A stretch of 64,000 bases of DNA from Alphaproteobacteria bacterium UBA6038 (GTDB lineage: Bacteria > Pseudomonadota > Alphaproteobacteria > Micropepsales > Micropepsaceae): NCBI GenBank assembly GCA_002429315.1, contig DIZC01000104.1, forward strand, positions 6,055 through 70,054, written 5' to 3'. Every line of letters begins with the position of its first letter. Within the stretch, counting starts at the first letter, position 1. Position numbers and translations under genes: made by a program. The notes beneath the pieces are model-generated. The model was given only the letters and a program-made list of their open reading frames with translations. It had not been told where the DNA came from and made no database searches. Of the stretch, positions 10,625-23,095 are shown piece by piece.

Positions 10625-12997
10625 ATGAGCCTGATCGCCTTCCCTTTCGCCCGATACGCACGCGCGGCCGCTGCGGTTGTGCTGCTTTCGCCTGGTGTCG
10701 GTGCCATTGCGCAGGAACAAAACCCGGCGCCATCGGCTCCGGCCGCCGAATCACGTCCGCCCGGTCCGGTCATTCGCGACATTCGCGTGCGCGGCACGCA
10801 GCGAATCGAGCCCGGCACGGTCCTGTCCTATATGTCGATCCGCCCGGGCGACTCGTACGATGAACAGATTGTCGACCGGTCGCTGAAAACGCTATTCGCC
10901 ACCGGCCTTTTCGCCGACGTCAAGATCAATTGGGACGGCTCAATTCTGACGATCAACGTCGTCGAAAACCCGATCATCAACCGGGTCGTGTTCGAGGGCG
11001 AAAGCAAGGTTTCCGAAAAGGACCTGACGAAAGAGGTTCAGCTGAAGCCGCGGATGGTATTCACCCGCGCCAAGGTCCAGGCCGACGTCCAACGGATCAT
11101 CGAGTTGTACCGCAGAAACGGCAAATTCGCCGCGACGGTCGACCCCGAGATCATTCAGCGCCCGCAAAATCGTGTGGATCTCATCTTCTCGATCAACGAA
11201 GGGCCCACGACCGGCGTGGCGCGCATTTCGTTCATCGGCAACAAGGTGTTCGATGACGACACGCTGAAGAGCCAGATCGCGACCGAGGAGTCGGAGTGGT
11301 GGAAATTTCTCTCCAGCAACGACAATTACGATCCGGACCGGCTGACGTTCGACCGCGAGCAGCTGCGGCGCTTCTATCTGAAGAACGGCTATGCCGATTT
11401 CCGGGTGGTCTCGGCCGTGGCCGAACTGACGCCCGACCGCGAGAACTTCTTTATCACCTTCACCGTGGACGAAGGCCCGATCTATACGTTCGGAAAGGTC
11501 GTCATCAATTCGAAGATCAAGGAGCTGTATCCGGCGAGTCTGCGTCCGCTCATCCCGATCGTGGAAGGCAAGACCTACAATGCCGAACTGATCGACAAGT
11601 CCATCGACGCCCTGACGAACGCCGCCGGAACCAAGGGCTACGCCTTTGCGGAGATTCATCCGCGAATCGCCCGCAACCGCTCGAACCATACGATCGGTGT
11701 CGTTTTCGACATCGATCAGGGCCCCCGCGTGTATATCGAAAAGATCAACATCACCGGGAACACCCGCACGCTCGACAAGGTCATCCGCCGCGAATTCCGG
11801 CTGGTCGAGGGAGATGCATTCAACCGGGTGCTCGTCGACCGCTCGCGCACCCGCATCCGGTCCCTGGGCTTCTTCAAGGACGTCGATATCAAGCCTGTGC
11901 CAGGCTCGCAACCGGATCGAACGGTGCTGAACGTGAACGTCACCGAGCAATCGACCGGCGAGTTGCAGTTGGGCGTCGGCTATTCGTCGACCAGTTCTTT
12001 CGTGGGGCAGTTCAGCTATACCGAACGCAATCTGTTCGGCCGCGCGCAATACCTTCGCGCCAGCATTTCGCTTTCGAGCATCAGCAAGGAAGCCGTCCTC
12101 AGCTTCACCGAACCTTATTTCCTGGACCGGCCATTGTCCGCCGGTTTCGACATCTACAAGATCATCACGGATTTCCAGCAGGCGACTTATCAGAGCGATA
12201 CGGACGCCATTGGATTGCGGCTTGGCTTCCCGACATCGGAATACGGCAGCGTTGGATTGCGCTACACCTACCGGATTGACAACATCACGCCGTTCTCGAA
12301 CTCGCCTTCGGCCATCTTGCTCGCCGCGGGGACGGAAGACACCTCTTCGATCGGCTATACCTACGCCTACAACACGCTGGACGATCCCATTAAGCCGCGG
12401 CGGGGGCTCACTTTCCAGATATCGCAAGACTTTGCGGGACTCGGCGGCAGTTTGAAATACTTGCGATCCCAAGCCGCCTTCAGCTACCGGCGTCCCGTGT
12501 TGTGGGATGAATTCATCCTGACGGTGTCCGGGAACGGCGGCTACATCAATGGTTACGATGGGGAGCATGTCCGGTTGAACGAGCGCTTCTTCAGAGGCGG
12601 CGACACGTTCCGCGGATTCCAGATTGCCGGCGTTGGGCCCCGCGAGCTTTTCGCCGGGCATAACTCGGCTCTGGGAGCGGAGGCGTACGCGATAGGCACG
12701 ATCGACCTCCGGTTGCCGGATTTTCTGCCAGCTGACTACGGGATCAGCGCCTCCCTGTTCACGGATTTCGGAACGGCCGGCCATATCGCCTCGCAGCCGG
12801 GCCTGAAGACCTGCGGTGAGGTCGGGCCGCGGACGCCCTGCATCGTGGATAATATGGGGCTGCGCGCTTCGGGCGGCATAGCCATCGGCTGGAAGTCGCC
12901 CTTTGGGCCAGTAGAAATTGATCTCGGAGTGCCGTACATCAAGCAGAGTTACGACAAGACCGAAATCATTCGATTCAGCGCAGGGACAGGACTCTAA
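10625..12997 (+). CDS. bamA: Outer membrane protein assembly factor BamA
   Basis: Signal peptide, POTRA repeats (IEKINITGNTRTLDKVIRREF), FRGF loop motif, C-terminal SPFGPV...FSAGT. Confidence 0.97.
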   Translation: MSLIAFPFARYARAAAAVVLLSPGVGAIAQEQNPAPSAPAAESRPPGPVIRDIRVRGTQRIEPGTVLSYMSIRPGDSYDEQIVDRSLKTLFATGLFADVKINWDGSILTINVVENPIINRVVFEGESKVSEKDLTKEVQLKPRMVFTRAKVQADVQRIIELYRRNGKFAATVDPEIIQRPQNRVDLIFSINEGPTTGVARISFIGNKVFDDDTLKSQIATEESEWWKFLSSNDNYDPDRLTFDREQLRRFYLKNGYADFRVVSAVAELTPDRENFFITFTVDEGPIYTFGKVVINSKIKELYPASLRPLIPIVEGKTYNAELIDKSIDALTNAAGTKGYAFAEIHPRIARNRSNHTIGVVFDIDQGPRVYIEKINITGNTRTLDKVIRREFRLVEGDAFNRVLVDRSRTRIRSLGFFKDVDIKPVPGSQPDRTVLNVNVTEQSTGELQLGVGYSSTSSFVGQFSYTERNLFGRAQYLRASISLSSISKEAVLSFTEPYFLDRPLSAGFDIYKIITDFQQATYQSDTDAIGLRLGFPTSEYGSVGLRYTYRIDNITPFSNSPSAILLAAGTEDTSSIGYTYAYNTLDDPIKPRRGLTFQISQDFAGLGGSLKYLRSQAAFSYRRPVLWDEFILTVSGNGGYINGYDGEHVRLNERFFRGGDTFRGFQIAGVGPRELFAGHNSALGAEAYAIGTIDLRLPDFLPADYGISASLFTDFGTAGHIASQPGLKTCGEVGPRTPCIVDNMGLRASGGIAIGWKSPFGPVEIDLGVPYIKQSYDKTEIIRFSAGTGL

Positions 12998-13001
12998 ATC
13001 G

Positions 13002-13658
13002 ATGAACAGAACGACCATTTCAGGCCGAGCGGTGCTCAGTGTAGCGGCGCTTCTGATCGCATTTGCCGCCGCCAGCGCAGTGCAGGCTGCCGCCCCACCC
13101 GCGAAGCCGGGCGCTCCTCCCGCCAATGCCGCCGCGCCGGTGCCCAAAATATTGGTCATCGATCGCAATGTGATCCTTCGCGCATCGAAGGTTGGCCAGG
13201 ACATCGTCCGCCAGGTCAACGGCTACACCCAGAGTGCAGAGGCGGAGTTCAAAGCCGAGGGTAACGCCCTTCAAAACGAGGCCCGTGCGCTACAGCAGCA
13301 GGTCGCGATACTGGCGCCCGACGTGAAGGCAAGAAAGATTCGCGATTTTCAGGCGAAGCAGGCCGGTTTCCAGCGCAAAGTGGAAGCCAGGCAAGGCCTG
13401 ATTCAAGGCGGGGTGTTCAAGGCCAGGCAGCAGGTGGAAGCGGCTCTGGGACCGATTCTCCAGGGCATCATGCAGGAGCGCGGCGCAAATCTTCTGCTCG
13501 ATCGCACCGCGGTCGTGCTGGGGACCGTCAATGTCGACATCACCGCCGTCGCCGTTCAGCGGCTCGACCAGCGAATGCCGTCGATCAAGGTGCAACTCGT
13601 CGCGCTGCCCGCTGGACTGCAGGCGCAGATGATGCAGCAGCAGGCGCAGCGCCGCTAA
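13002..13658 (+). CDS. skp: OmpH/Skp periplasmic chaperone
   Basis: Signal peptide, coiled coil, [10 protein letters not shown]...VDIT C-terminal motif; lies between bamA and lpxD. Confidence 0.88.
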   Translation: MNRTTISGRAVLSVAALLIAFAAASAVQAAAPPAKPGAPPANAAAPVPKILVIDRNVILRASKVGQDIVRQVNGYTQSAEAEFKAEGNALQNEARALQQQVAILAPDVKARKIRDFQAKQAGFQRKVEARQGLIQGGVFKARQQVEAALGPILQGIMQERGANLLLDRTAVVLGTVNVDITAVAVQRLDQRMPSIKVQLVALPAGLQAQMMQQQAQRR

Positions 13659-13674
13659 CGCGGCGCCACACCTC

Positions 13675-14706
13675 GTGGCTGATCCTCGCTTCTACAGCAA
13701 TCGTGGGCCGGTCAGCCTTGCCGAAATCTGCGCGCGCCTCGGGGTGGAAATTCCGGTCGAGGCGCCTGCCGATGCTTGGGTCGTCGACGTGGCCACGGTC
13801 GACGGCGCAGGACCGGAGCATCTCGTGTTCTGTGCTGGGAAGGCCGGCGCAAATCTGCTTCCCCGCTCGCTGGCCGGCTATGCGCTCGTCGAATCCGGCT
13901 TGAGCATCGCGCCGCCTCAGCGGATGATGATCTTGAAGGTCGCCTCGCCCACAAGCGCGTTTGGGACCGTGGCCCGGCTTCTCTATCCGGATCACGGTCT
14001 GTCCCAATGGGATCAGAAGGAGGCGATCAGTCCGGCGGCGAACATCGGAGAATGTGTTCGCGTAGCGCCGGGGGCGGTCATCGGGCCGGATGCGGAAATC
14101 GGCGATCATACGTGCATCGGGGCGAACGCGGTGATCGGTCCCGGCGTGGCGATTGGGCGCAATTCCGAAATCGGCAGCAATGTCACGATCACGCATTCTT
14201 ATGCGGGTGACGAAGTCCTGATCCTGTCCGGAGCGCAGATCGGGCAGCCGGGCTTCGGTTTCGCCTCCGGCGCGGGCGGTCACGCCAAAATCCCGCAGCT
14301 TGGGCGCGTGATCGTGCAGGACCGCGTTGAAATCGGCGCCTGCACGACAATCGACCGCGGCGCGCTTGGCGACACGGTCATCGGCGAAGGGACGAAAATC
14401 GACAATCTCGTGCAGATCGGCCACAACTGCCGCATTGGGCGGCACTGCGTCATCGTTGGGCAGGTCGGAGTATCGGGCAGCTGCGAATTGGGAGATTTTG
14501 TCGTGCTCGGCGGTCAGGTCGGTCTCGCAGACCATGTGAAGATCGGCGACGGAGCGCGGCTGGCCGCGCGCTCGGCGCTGGCGCCCGGTGAGCTTCCCGG
14601 CGGACAGGACTACGGTGGCGTGCCAGCCCGGCCCATCAAGGAATGGCGGAGGCAAATGGCGGCAATTGCGCGCCTCGGCCAGCCACGCAAACAGAATGTC
14701 GGCTAG
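13675..14706 (+). CDS. lpxD: UDP-3-O-acyl-glucosamine N-acyltransferase
   Basis: GTG start MADPRFY; hexapeptide repeats, [21 protein letters not shown]. Confidence 0.96.
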   Translation: MADPRFYSNRGPVSLAEICARLGVEIPVEAPADAWVVDVATVDGAGPEHLVFCAGKAGANLLPRSLAGYALVESGLSIAPPQRMMILKVASPTSAFGTVARLLYPDHGLSQWDQKEAISPAANIGECVRVAPGAVIGPDAEIGDHTCIGANAVIGPGVAIGRNSEIGSNVTITHSYAGDEVLILSGAQIGQPGFGFASGAGGHAKIPQLGRVIVQDRVEIGACTTIDRGALGDTVIGEGTKIDNLVQIGHNCRIGRHCVIVGQVGVSGSCELGDFVVLGGQVGLADHVKIGDGARLAARSALAPGELPGGQDYGGVPARPIKEWRRQMAAIARLGQPRKQNVG

Positions 14707-15193
14707 TCTCACCTTGCCGTCGCTCGGGGTCGAGCAGATCGAACATCTGCTCCCCCATCGCGCGCCATTTCTCTTTTTGGAGAGGCTTACCGACGTTGTT
14801 TCGAGCGAGAGCGCCGTCGGACACAAGGCGGTTTCGTACAATGAGCCTCATTTCCGCGGACACTTCCCGGACTTTCCGGTGATGCCCGGCGTGCTGATCG
14901 TGGAGGCGTTGGCGCAGACCGCCGGTGCGCTGGTGATGCATTCGCTCGGGCTCGCAAGCACCGACCGTCTCGTTTATTTCATGACGATCGACAAGGCGCG
15001 GTTCCGGCGCCCTGTCCGCCCCGGCGATTTGCTACGCATGCCGGTGCGGATACTGCGCCGGCGCGGGCCGGTCTGGCGCTTCTCGGGCGAAGCATATGTC
15101 GGCGAGAGGTTGTGCGCCGAAGCCGAATACAGCGCGATGATCGCGGACAAAGAACAGACTGGCGATGGCAATACACCCGACGGCAATCGTTGA
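14696..15193 (+). CDS. fabZ: 3-hydroxyacyl-ACP dehydratase
   Basis: [42 protein letters not shown]. Confidence 0.97.
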   Translation: MSASLTLPSLGVEQIEHLLPHRAPFLFLERLTDVVSSESAVGHKAVSYNEPHFRGHFPDFPVMPGVLIVEALAQTAGALVMHSLGLASTDRLVYFMTIDKARFRRPVRPGDLLRMPVRILRRRGPVWRFSGEAYVGERLCAEAEYSAMIADKEQTGDGNTPDGNR

Positions 15194-15980
15194 GGATGGC
15201 GCCGACCTGGCCGGCGGCGTCGAGATTGGGCCCTTTTGCATCGTTGGCGCTGGCGCGCGCCTGAGCGAGGGCGTGCGTCTGCTGTCCCATGCTGTGATCG
15301 CCGGCAACGTGCAGATCGGTCCGCGCACCGTCGTCTACCCGAATGCTGTGCTGGGCGGCGAAGCGCAAATCCGCAATGCGAGCGCGCCGGAAGCCAGCCT
15401 CGTGATCGGCGCGGACAACGTCATCCGCGAGGGGGTGACGATGAGCGCAGGCAGCCGCAAAGGCGGCGCTGTCACGCGGGTCGGCGACCGAAACTACTTC
15501 ATGGCGTACAGCCATCTGGGACACGATTGCCAGATTGGCGACGATGTGACGCTTTCCAATGGGGTGCAGTTGGGCGGACACGTCGAGGTCGGCGACGGCG
15601 TCATCATGGGCGGCTTGGCCGCCGCGCAGCAGTTCTCGCGTATTGGCCAATATGCATTCATCAGCGGTCTCTCCGGCGTGAGTGCGGATGTCATCCCCTA
15701 TGGAATGGCGTTGGGATTGCATGTGAAGCTTGGCGGGCTCAATCTGATCGGGCTGCGGCGGCGGGGTATTTCGCGCGATAACATCCACGCGTTGCGGGCG
15801 GCATTTCGCGCCATCTTTCTCGACGATCGGGACAACCTCCAGGAACGCGCGCGTCGAGCTTCGGAAATGTGGGCGGGCGTGCCGGAAGTCCAGCATGTCA
15901 CCGGCTTTATTCTGTCCCACAGGAATCGTCCGATCGCACCCGCGCGCGCCGGCTCGGCCTCCGAGGATGAAACGGAGTGA
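15165..15980 (+). CDS. lpxA: Acyl-ACP--UDP-N-acetylglucosamine O-acyltransferase (divergent)
   Basis: IHPTAIVE, hexapeptide repeats, SHLGHDC, GGHV, LNLIGLRRRG; position in lpx operon. Confidence 0.92.
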   Translation: MAIHPTAIVEDGADLAGGVEIGPFCIVGAGARLSEGVRLLSHAVIAGNVQIGPRTVVYPNAVLGGEAQIRNASAPEASLVIGADNVIREGVTMSAGSRKGGAVTRVGDRNYFMAYSHLGHDCQIGDDVTLSNGVQLGGHVEVGDGVIMGGLAAAQQFSRIGQYAFISGLSGVSADVIPYGMALGLHVKLGGLNLIGLRRRGISRDNIHALRAAFRAIFLDDRDNLQERARRASEMWAGVPEVQHVTGFILSHRNRPIAPARAGSASEDETE

Positions 15981-16804
15981 CTGGCCTTGGCATCATTGCG
16001 GGCGGTGGCGAATTGCCGGGTGCTATTGCGGAGTGTGCCACCGAAGCGGGCAGGCCCGTGTTCATCGCTGCGCTAAAGGGCATTGCCAGCGAGGCCATCA
16101 CTCGATTTCAGCATGAATGGGTATCGCTCGGCGAAACCGGACGCACACTGTCTCTCTTCCGGCAGCACGGCTGTGGCGAAGTTCTCCTGGCGGGCAAGGT
16201 GAGCCGTCCGAAATGGGCGGACGTAAAATTCGATGCCAAGGGATTCTCCAAGCTGCCGAAGGTTCTGGCGGCGGCGGCCAAGGGCGACGACGCGCTGTTG
16301 CGGAGCTTGGTGGAAGTGTTGGAGGGAGAGGGCTTTCGGGTCGTGGCTGCGGCGGAGGCAGCGCCGGCACTGCTGGCGAGCTCCGGCGTACTCGGCAAGC
16401 ATCGGCCTTCGGCACGCCAGAAGACAGACGTCGAGCTCGCCGTGACAGTCGTTCGTGCGCTTGGCGCTTTCGACGTCGGGCAGGCTGCGGCCGTTTGCGA
16501 CGGGCTGGTTCTCGCCGTGGAAGCGGCCGAAGGCACCGACGCCATGATCGCACGCATCATGAGCCTGCCGGAGAATATCCGCGGAACCGCGGGCGTGCGC
16601 AGAGGGGTTCTGGTAAAGGCGCGCAAGCCGACGCAAGACGGCCGCACGGATCTGCCTGTGATCGGAGTGGACACCGTGAAGAACGCCGCCGAAGCCGGAC
16701 TTGCCGGCGTGGCGGTAGAGGCCGGAGGCGCATTGATCGTCGACAAACGGGGGGTGATTGAATCGGCGAATCGGCTGGGGCTGTTCCTGTTCGGCTTTTC
16801 GTAA
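15977..16804 (+). CDS. lpxI: UDP-2,3-diacylglucosamine diphosphatase LpxI
   Basis: LGIIAGGGELP, FDVGQAAA, EAAEGTDAMI, Q-D-R-DLPVIG; between lpxA and lpxB. Confidence 0.94.
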   Translation: MTGLGIIAGGGELPGAIAECATEAGRPVFIAALKGIASEAITRFQHEWVSLGETGRTLSLFRQHGCGEVLLAGKVSRPKWADVKFDAKGFSKLPKVLAAAAKGDDALLRSLVEVLEGEGFRVVAAAEAAPALLASSGVLGKHRPSARQKTDVELAVTVVRALGAFDVGQAAAVCDGLVLAVEAAEGTDAMIARIMSLPENIRGTAGVRRGVLVKARKPTQDGRTDLPVIGVDTVKNAAEAGLAGVAVEAGGALIVDKRGVIESANRLGLFLFGFS

Positions 16805-18009
16805 TGTCCGCGAGCAGCGAAGGTCCGCTGAATTTGATGCTGATTTGCGGCGAGCCATCTGGCGATCAGCTGGGGGCGCAGCTGATGGTCCGCTTGAAAG
16901 AGCTGGCCGGCGATGCGGTGAAGTTCACGGGCGTGGGCGGGCCGGCAATGGCTGCTCATGGCTTGCAAAGTCTGTTCCCGCTTGATGCCACTGCGGTGAT
17001 GGGATTGCGGGAGGTCGTCCCGCGCATTCCGGAAATCCTTCGCCGCGTGCGCACGGCGTCCGATTTTGCGCTCTCGACTCGGCCCGATGCCGTGGTTTGT
17101 ATCGATAGCCCCGATTTCACGCATCGGATTGCACAGAGACTCCATCGGCTGGGTGCGAATATCCCCACGGTAAATTATGTGGCGCCGCAGGTTTGGGCGT
17201 CGCGACAGTATCGCGCACGCAAGATGGCGCGCTATTTCGACCTGGTGCTCGCGCTGCTGCCGTTCGAGACGCCGTTCTTCGAAACGCGTGGGTTGCGGGC
17301 GCATTTTGTCGGCCACCCGGTGGTGGAACGGACGGACCGAATTTCGGGCGGGGTCGCGCTTCGGGAACGGCTTGGGATCGCAGTTGGCGCACGGGTACTT
17401 GCAATCCTGCCCGGTAGCCGAATGAGTGAGGTGCGGCTCTTGCTGCCGATCTTCCGGGAGGCGGTTGCCGCCATTTCCGCGATCATACCGGACCTCGCCT
17501 GCATTATGCCGGCGGTGCCCCACCTCGCTCCCCTTATTCGTGAACTGGCGCAGGGCTGGCCCTCGCCGCTGCACATCGTCGAGAGCGAGGCGGACAAATT
17601 CGCGGCATTCCATACAGCCGACGCTGCATTAGCCGCCTCCGGCACGGTGACGACTGAACTGGCCCTGGCCGGTGTGCCGATGGTAGTTGCCTATCGGCTG
17701 GGCTGGCTGACATACCTCCTCGTGCGCCCGATCGTCAGGGTGCCGCACATCACGCTGGTGAACCTGCTGCTGAAACGCGAAGCGGTCCCTGAGTTCATTC
17801 AAAACCGCTGCCGGGCAGACTTGCTGGCTGAAGCTGTGCTGCGCCTCTTGCAGAATGCGGACGCCAGACAACAACAGAAACGGGACCTTCGCGAAGCCGT
17901 TCACCTATTGGGCATCGATGACGAAAAGCCGAGCCTGCGGGCGGCGCGCGCACTGCTCGACTTCGTTCGCGAAGGCCGCGCCAATCAGCGCCGGTCGAGC
18001 GGCACGTAG
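16804..18009 (+). CDS. lpxB: Lipid-A-disaccharide synthase
   Basis: [43 protein letters not shown]. Confidence 0.96.
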   Translation: MSASSEGPLNLMLICGEPSGDQLGAQLMVRLKELAGDAVKFTGVGGPAMAAHGLQSLFPLDATAVMGLREVVPRIPEILRRVRTASDFALSTRPDAVVCIDSPDFTHRIAQRLHRLGANIPTVNYVAPQVWASRQYRARKMARYFDLVLALLPFETPFFETRGLRAHFVGHPVVERTDRISGGVALRERLGIAVGARVLAILPGSRMSEVRLLLPIFREAVAAISAIIPDLACIMPAVPHLAPLIRELAQGWPSPLHIVESEADKFAAFHTADAALAASGTVTTELALAGVPMVVAYRLGWLTYLLVRPIVRVPHITLVNLLLKREAVPEFIQNRCRADLLAEAVLRLLQNADARQQQKRDLREAVHLLGIDDEKPSLRAARALLDFVREGRANQRRSSGT

Positions 18010-19292
18010 TCGAGAGGCGTGGCGCCAGTATAGAGCTGCCGGGGGCGTCCGATCTTCTGCTGCGGGTCCTCGATCATCTCCATCCACTGCGCGATCCAGC
18101 CGACCGTGCGGGCAAGCGCAAACAGGGCCGTGAACATGCTGGTCGGGAAGCCGAGCGCCCGCAGCGTGATGCCCGAGTAGAAGTCGATGTTCGGATAGAG
18201 CTTTTTCTGCACGAAGTACTCGTCTTGCAACGCAATGCGCTCGAGCTCCATGGCCACCTTCAGCAGCGGCTCGTCGTGGATGCCGAGTTCGTCGAGCACG
18301 GCATGACACTGAACCTGCATCGCCTTGGCGCGCGGATCGTAGTTTTTGTACACGCGGTGTCCGAACCCCATCAGCCGGAAATTGTCATTGGGGTCCTTGG
18401 CGCGCCGGACGAATTCCGGAATGCGATCGACGGTGCCGATTTCCTCCAGCATCTTGAGCGCCGCCTCGTTGGCGCCGCCGTGCGCCGGGCCCCACAGGCA
18501 GGCAATGCCGGCGGCGATGCATGCGAAGGGATTGGCGCCGGAAGAGCCGGCAAGGCGCACCGTTGACGTAGAGGCGTTCTGCTCGTGGTCGGCGTGCAGG
18601 ATGAAAACGGTGTCGAGCGCTTTCGACATCACCGGGTTCACGCGGTATTCCTCGGCTGGTACCGCGAACGTCATGCGAAGGAAATTGTCCGTGTATCCGA
18701 GATTGTTGAGCGGATACACGAATGGCTGACCTGTCGAATATTTGTAGGCCATCGCGGCGATGGTGGGGATTTTCGCGATCAGCCGGTGGCTGGCGATCTC
18801 GCGCTGGCGCGGGTCGTTGATGTCGGTGGAGTCGTGGTAGAATGCCGAAAGCGCGCCCACGACGCCGCACATGATCGCCATCGGATGCGCGTCTCGCCGA
18901 AAACCGTGGAAGAACGAAGCAAGCTGCTCGTGCACCATCGTGTGGCGCGTGATGGCGCGATCGAACCCGAGCATCTGCTGCTTGTTCGGCAGCTTGCCAT
19001 ACAGCAGCAGATAGCAGACCTCGAGAAAGTTCGAGTGCTCTGCCAGTTCGTCTATGGAGTAGCCGCGGTAGAGCAGAATGCCGCGATCCCCGTCGATGAA
19101 TGTGATGTCGCTCTCGCAACTGGCCGTCGAGGTGAAGCCCGGATCGTAGGTGAAGAGATCCGCCTCGCCGTAAAGCTTGCGGATGTCGACCACCTTGGGG
19201 CCTTCGGTGCCGGCGAGCACAGGCAGCTCGAACGACTTGTTCTCGTAAACCAGTGTCGCTGATCCCGCGGGGACGGCTTTGCTCTGGTTCAT
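17985..19292 (-). CDS. gltA: Citrate synthase (type II)
   Basis: [47 protein letters not shown]. Confidence 0.98.
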   Translation of the reverse strand: MNQSKAVPAGSATLVYENKSFELPVLAGTEGPKVVDIRKLYGEADLFTYDPGFTSTASCESDITFIDGDRGILLYRGYSIDELAEHSNFLEVCYLLLYGKLPNKQQMLGFDRAITRHTMVHEQLASFFHGFRRDAHPMAIMCGVVGALSAFYHDSTDINDPRQREIASHRLIAKIPTIAAMAYKYSTGQPFVYPLNNLGYTDNFLRMTFAVPAEEYRVNPVMSKALDTVFILHADHEQNASTSTVRLAGSSGANPFACIAAGIACLWGPAHGGANEAALKMLEEIGTVDRIPEFVRRAKDPNDNFRLMGFGHRVYKNYDPRAKAMQVQCHAVLDELGIHDEPLLKVAMELERIALQDEYFVQKKLYPNIDFYSGITLRALGFPTSMFTALFALARTVGWIAQWMEMIEDPQQKIGRPRQLYTGATPLDYVPLDRR

Positions 19293-19395
19293 AAGACGGT
19301 CCTTTCGGGCATTTTCGCCCCGTTGTGCACTGCAACAATATAGCCCGGGCAGGTTAACCGCGCCATGCGAATTCTTTAGATGCCATCGGTCATGC

Positions 19396-20808
19396 TTATC
19401 GCGCGTAAGCCCTTATCCGGGAAAGGGATTCTTCCGGACCAAGCACCTCCAGCACCTCGAAGATGGGGGGCGATGCAGTTCTTCCGGTGGTCGCCGCGCG
19501 AATCGGCTGGGCGACCTCGCCTAGTTTCAAGCCCTGAGCTTCTGCGAATCGCCGCCCGGCCTCTTCCAAGGCTGAGGCTTGCCACGTACTGGAGGCCAAA
19601 ATCGGGAGGATCTGCTGAAGGACGATCCGGCCGCCGCCCGAGAGTGTTTTTTGTGCCTGCTGGTCCAATTGGCGTGGGCCGTCGGTGTACAGAAAATCCC
19701 CCGCTTCGGCCAATTCCACCAACGTCTTCGCCCGTGCTTTCAGAGCCGGCATAAGCGCCAGAAGCCGGCCCTTTGCCTGTTCCGTCAAGCTGCGCGGTGG
19801 CTGCATGCGCCCAAGCAGCGCCGCAACCTCCTGCGTCAGTACAGCGTCGTCCGTCGAGCGGATGTAATGCGCGTTCAGGTTGTCGAGCTTTTTGAAATCG
19901 AAGCGGGCGGGGTTCCGGCCGACGGTCTCAAGATTGAACCAGTCGATCGCCTGTTCGGTTGAGATGATCTCGTCATTGCCGTGGCTCCAGCCGAGCCGCA
20001 GCAGGTAGTTCCGCATCGCCTCGGGCAAGTATCCCATGTCACGGTAGGCATCGACGGCCAGGGCGCCGTGGCGCTTGGACAGCTTCGCGCCGTCAGGACC
20101 ATGGATCATGGGCAGATGGCCATACACCGGAATTGGCCAACCGAGCGCCTGGATAATCTGCAGCTGGCGCGCGGCGTTGTTTAGGTGATCGTCGCCGCGA
20201 ATGACATGGGTGATCCCCATGTCGAAATCGTCGACCACCACGGCGAGCATATAAGTCGGCGTGCCGTCCGAGCGAAGGAGAACCATGTCGTCGAGGTTCT
20301 CGTTCACGAACCGTACGTCGCCCTGCACGACATCGTGCACGATAGTCTCGCCTTCCTGGGGCGCTTTCAGGCGGACCACGAACGGCGCCCCGCTTGGAGC
20401 TTCCGAGGGGTCGCGATCCCGCCACCGCCCGTCGTACCGCATGGGCTTGCCCTCGGCGCGCTGCCTGGCGCGGATTTCCTCAAGCTCGGCGGAAGTGGTG
20501 TAACAGCGGTAGGCCTTGCCGGCCGCGAGCAGCTGATCAGCGATTTCGCGGTGCCGCGCCGCGCGCGCAAACTGGTACATCGGCTCGCCGTCCCAGTTCA
20601 GCCCCAACCACGTCATGCCGTCCAGAATGGCGGCGACGGCCTCCGGCGTGGAGCGTTGGCGGTCGGTGTCTTCGATGCGCAGCAGGAACTTTCCGCCGGT
20701 CTGCTGGGCATAGAGCCAGTTGAACAGCGCCGTGCGGGCTCCTCCGATGTGAAGATAGCCGGTGGGCGAGGGCGCAAACCGCAGGACAGGTCTTTCGTTT
20801 TGAGGCAT
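19396..20808 (-). CDS. gltX: Glutamate--tRNA ligase
   Basis: [16 protein letters not shown] (HIGH), RGDDHL, KLSKRHG (KMSKS). Confidence 0.97.
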   Translation of the reverse strand: MPQNERPVLRFAPSPTGYLHIGGARTALFNWLYAQQTGGKFLLRIEDTDRQRSTPEAVAAILDGMTWLGLNWDGEPMYQFARAARHREIADQLLAAGKAYRCYTTSAELEEIRARQRAEGKPMRYDGRWRDRDPSEAPSGAPFVVRLKAPQEGETIVHDVVQGDVRFVNENLDDMVLLRSDGTPTYMLAVVVDDFDMGITHVIRGDDHLNNAARQLQIIQALGWPIPVYGHLPMIHGPDGAKLSKRHGALAVDAYRDMGYLPEAMRNYLLRLGWSHGNDEIISTEQAIDWFNLETVGRNPARFDFKKLDNLNAHYIRSTDDAVLTQEVAALLGRMQPPRSLTEQAKGRLLALMPALKARAKTLVELAEAGDFLYTDGPRQLDQQAQKTLSGGGRIVLQQILPILASSTWQASALEEAGRRFAEAQGLKLGEVAQPIRAATTGRTASPPIFEVLEVLGPEESLSRIRAYAR

Positions 20809-20938
20809 GATGCCGTCCTTCGGGGCCGGCCTGCGTACCAGGCTTGCAAGTGACTGCGAGGCTTCTAGCAAACCGGTTTCCGTGGGGGTAGGTCCGCTCT
20901 TCACGTCCAGGCAATCGGTGTCCGGCCGTTCGGCTGCG

Positions 20939-23095
20939 ATGCCACCTTATCCTTTCGTCTCACGGGCGATTCAGTCGCTTTCAAAATGCGCGCTTTCGGA
21001 ACGCGAGCGGTGGGCGCTGTGGCTGCCGGTGGCGTTTGGGATCGGTATTGCGCTCTATTTCGCTTTGCCGCGCGAGCCTCCGCCGTTTGTTGGAATGGCG
21101 CTCGGAGCTTCCGGCGTCCTGCTTGCTGTCGCGGCCGCCGGAACGGAGGCACCTTTTGCACGCGCGCTGCTTGGTGGCGTCGCCGCAATTTTGTTGGGTT
21201 TCGGCGTCGCGAAGCATCGAACGGATTCGGTTGCGGCACCGATCCTTTCCCATCGCGTCGGCCCATCGCTGGTCGAAGGACGGGTTGAAAACACGCAAGC
21301 GCATGGCAAGAGCGTTCGTGTGGTCCTGACTCTTGCGCACGTTGCCCATCTTCAACCTCGATTCCTGCCGAAGCGCGCGCGCATTTCGATTCGGAGCGGC
21401 GCAGACACGCTGAGGCCGGGTGACTGGATACAGGTCCGCGCCGTCCTGTTGCCGCCGCCGGCGCCGGCGGCGCCGGGCGATTACGACTTCGGCCGTGCCG
21501 CCTTCTTTCGCCAGATCGGCGCGGTTGGGTATGCCTACGGACGGCCCACGAGAACTGCGCAGCTTGGGCCGGCGAGCTTTTCCGAAAGAGTCGCGACGGC
21601 CGTGGAATTGCTGCGCTGGCGCGTGTCTGCGCGGATACATTCTGTACTACCGGGCAGCACCGGCGCCATCGCCTCCGCATTGATAACAGGAGATCGAGGC
21701 GGCATTTCCGAGGATGACGAATCGGCTCTGCGCGATGCGGGCCTTGCGCATGTCCTCGCCATTGCCGGACTACACATGGCGCTGGTGGGCCTGGGGCTTT
21801 TCTGGGCGATAAGGGCCTTCTTGGCACTTTTCCCCATCATTGCGCTGACTCAGCCGATCAAGAAATGGGCCGCGCTTGCCGCGCTCGGCAGCGCGGCGTT
21901 CTACCTCGTCATGAGCGGCGCGGCGACGCCGGCCACTCGTGCGTTCATCATGCTCGCCGTGATGCTGATCGCCATCCTGTTCGATAGGCCTGCAATCTCC
22001 ATGCGCTCCGTCGGCCTGGCAGCAGCGATTATTCTGCTGCTCGAACCGGAAACGCTAATCGAGCCGGGATTCCAGATGTCGTTTGCCGCCGTCGTGGCGC
22101 TGGTCGCGGTCGCAGAATGGGAGCGCGCGCGCGCCCGATCCGAAAGCGCTCTGCCGCTGCCGGGCGTGCGCCGCTACATGCGCGCGATCGTCACGACAAG
22201 TCTTGTGGGCAGCATTGCAACCGCGCCGTACGCCGCGTTTCATTTCGATCGGGCGACGCACTACGCGGTTCTCGGCAATCTCGGCGCCATGCCGATCATG
22301 GCGTTCGTGACCATGCCCGCCGCGGCGTTATCCATTTTTCTGATGCCGTTCGGCCTCGACGAATATCCACTGCGGGTCATGGGTTGGGGCATTGACGCGA
22401 TGCTGGCGGTCGGGCGTTGGGTCTCCCAGCTCCCGGGGTCGGTTTCGCTCGTCTCGGCGTGGCCGATTTCTGCACTGGTGTGCCTCAGCCTGGGCGGGGT
22501 GTGGATCGCGCTCTGGCGAGGACCTTGGCGTTGGGCTGGATTTGTTCCAGCCGCGGTTGCCGGTGCCCTGGTGCTTGCCGCAAAGCCGCCCGACATCGTC
22601 GTCGCGCGCGACGGACTGACAGTCGCACTCCGCGCTCCCGATGGGCGCCTGCGCTTCGTACGCGAACCTAGGGACACATATTCTGCGCAGGAATGGCTGA
22701 GGCGAGACGGCGACACGCGCGGCATCGCGGAAGCCGTGGCGCGGCGGGCTGACGGAGTAACCTGCGATGCTTACGGCTGCATCGCCCGGACCGGCGGTGT
22801 TCGCATCGCCATCGCTATGAAGCCCGACGCGCTCGATGAGGATTGCTCGACCAACCAGATTGTGATCAGTGCAGTTCCGACCCGCAGCCGTTGCCAAGGG
22901 CCTGCGCTCGTGGTCGATCGATTCGATGTGGCTCGCTCTGGCGCTTACGCGGTCTGGCTACAGCACGGGATTACGACTGCAACGGCGCAGGAAGAGCGCG
23001 GCGTCCGGCCCTGGAGTCTGCCGCCTGTGCGCCGTCAGTATCGCCGAAGCAGACCCACCAGCTTGCCTTGGATACGCACCCGATCGGAGCCGTAG
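20939..23095 (+). CDS. comEC: ComEC/Rec2 family competence protein
   Basis: DUF4131-like N-terminus (PGDYDFGR), [27 protein letters not shown]; conserved position between gltX and lexA. Confidence 0.93.
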   Translation: MPPYPFVSRAIQSLSKCALSERERWALWLPVAFGIGIALYFALPREPPPFVGMALGASGVLLAVAAAGTEAPFARALLGGVAAILLGFGVAKHRTDSVAAPILSHRVGPSLVEGRVENTQAHGKSVRVVLTLAHVAHLQPRFLPKRARISIRSGADTLRPGDWIQVRAVLLPPPAPAAPGDYDFGRAAFFRQIGAVGYAYGRPTRTAQLGPASFSERVATAVELLRWRVSARIHSVLPGSTGAIASALITGDRGGISEDDESALRDAGLAHVLAIAGLHMALVGLGLFWAIRAFLALFPIIALTQPIKKWAALAALGSAAFYLVMSGAATPATRAFIMLAVMLIAILFDRPAISMRSVGLAAAIILLLEPETLIEPGFQMSFAAVVALVAVAEWERARARSESALPLPGVRRYMRAIVTTSLVGSIATAPYAAFHFDRATHYAVLGNLGAMPIMAFVTMPAAALSIFLMPFGLDEYPLRVMGWGIDAMLAVGRWVSQLPGSVSLVSAWPISALVCLSLGGVWIALWRGPWRWAGFVPAAVAGALVLAAKPPDIVVARDGLTVALRAPDGRLRFVREPRDTYSAQEWLRRDGDTRGIAEAVARRADGVTCDAYGCIARTGGVRIAIAMKPDALDEDCSTNQIVISAVPTRSRCQGPALVVDRFDVARSGAYAVWLQHGITTATAQEERGVRPWSLPPVRRQYRRSRPTSLPWIRTRSEP

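Noticed and set aside
10940-13219. 759-aa minus-strand ORF
   Set aside because: Antisense shadow of bamA/skp.
17985-18009. 25-nt convergent overlap of lpxB and gltA
   Set aside because: Common arrangement at this locus in alphaproteobacteria.
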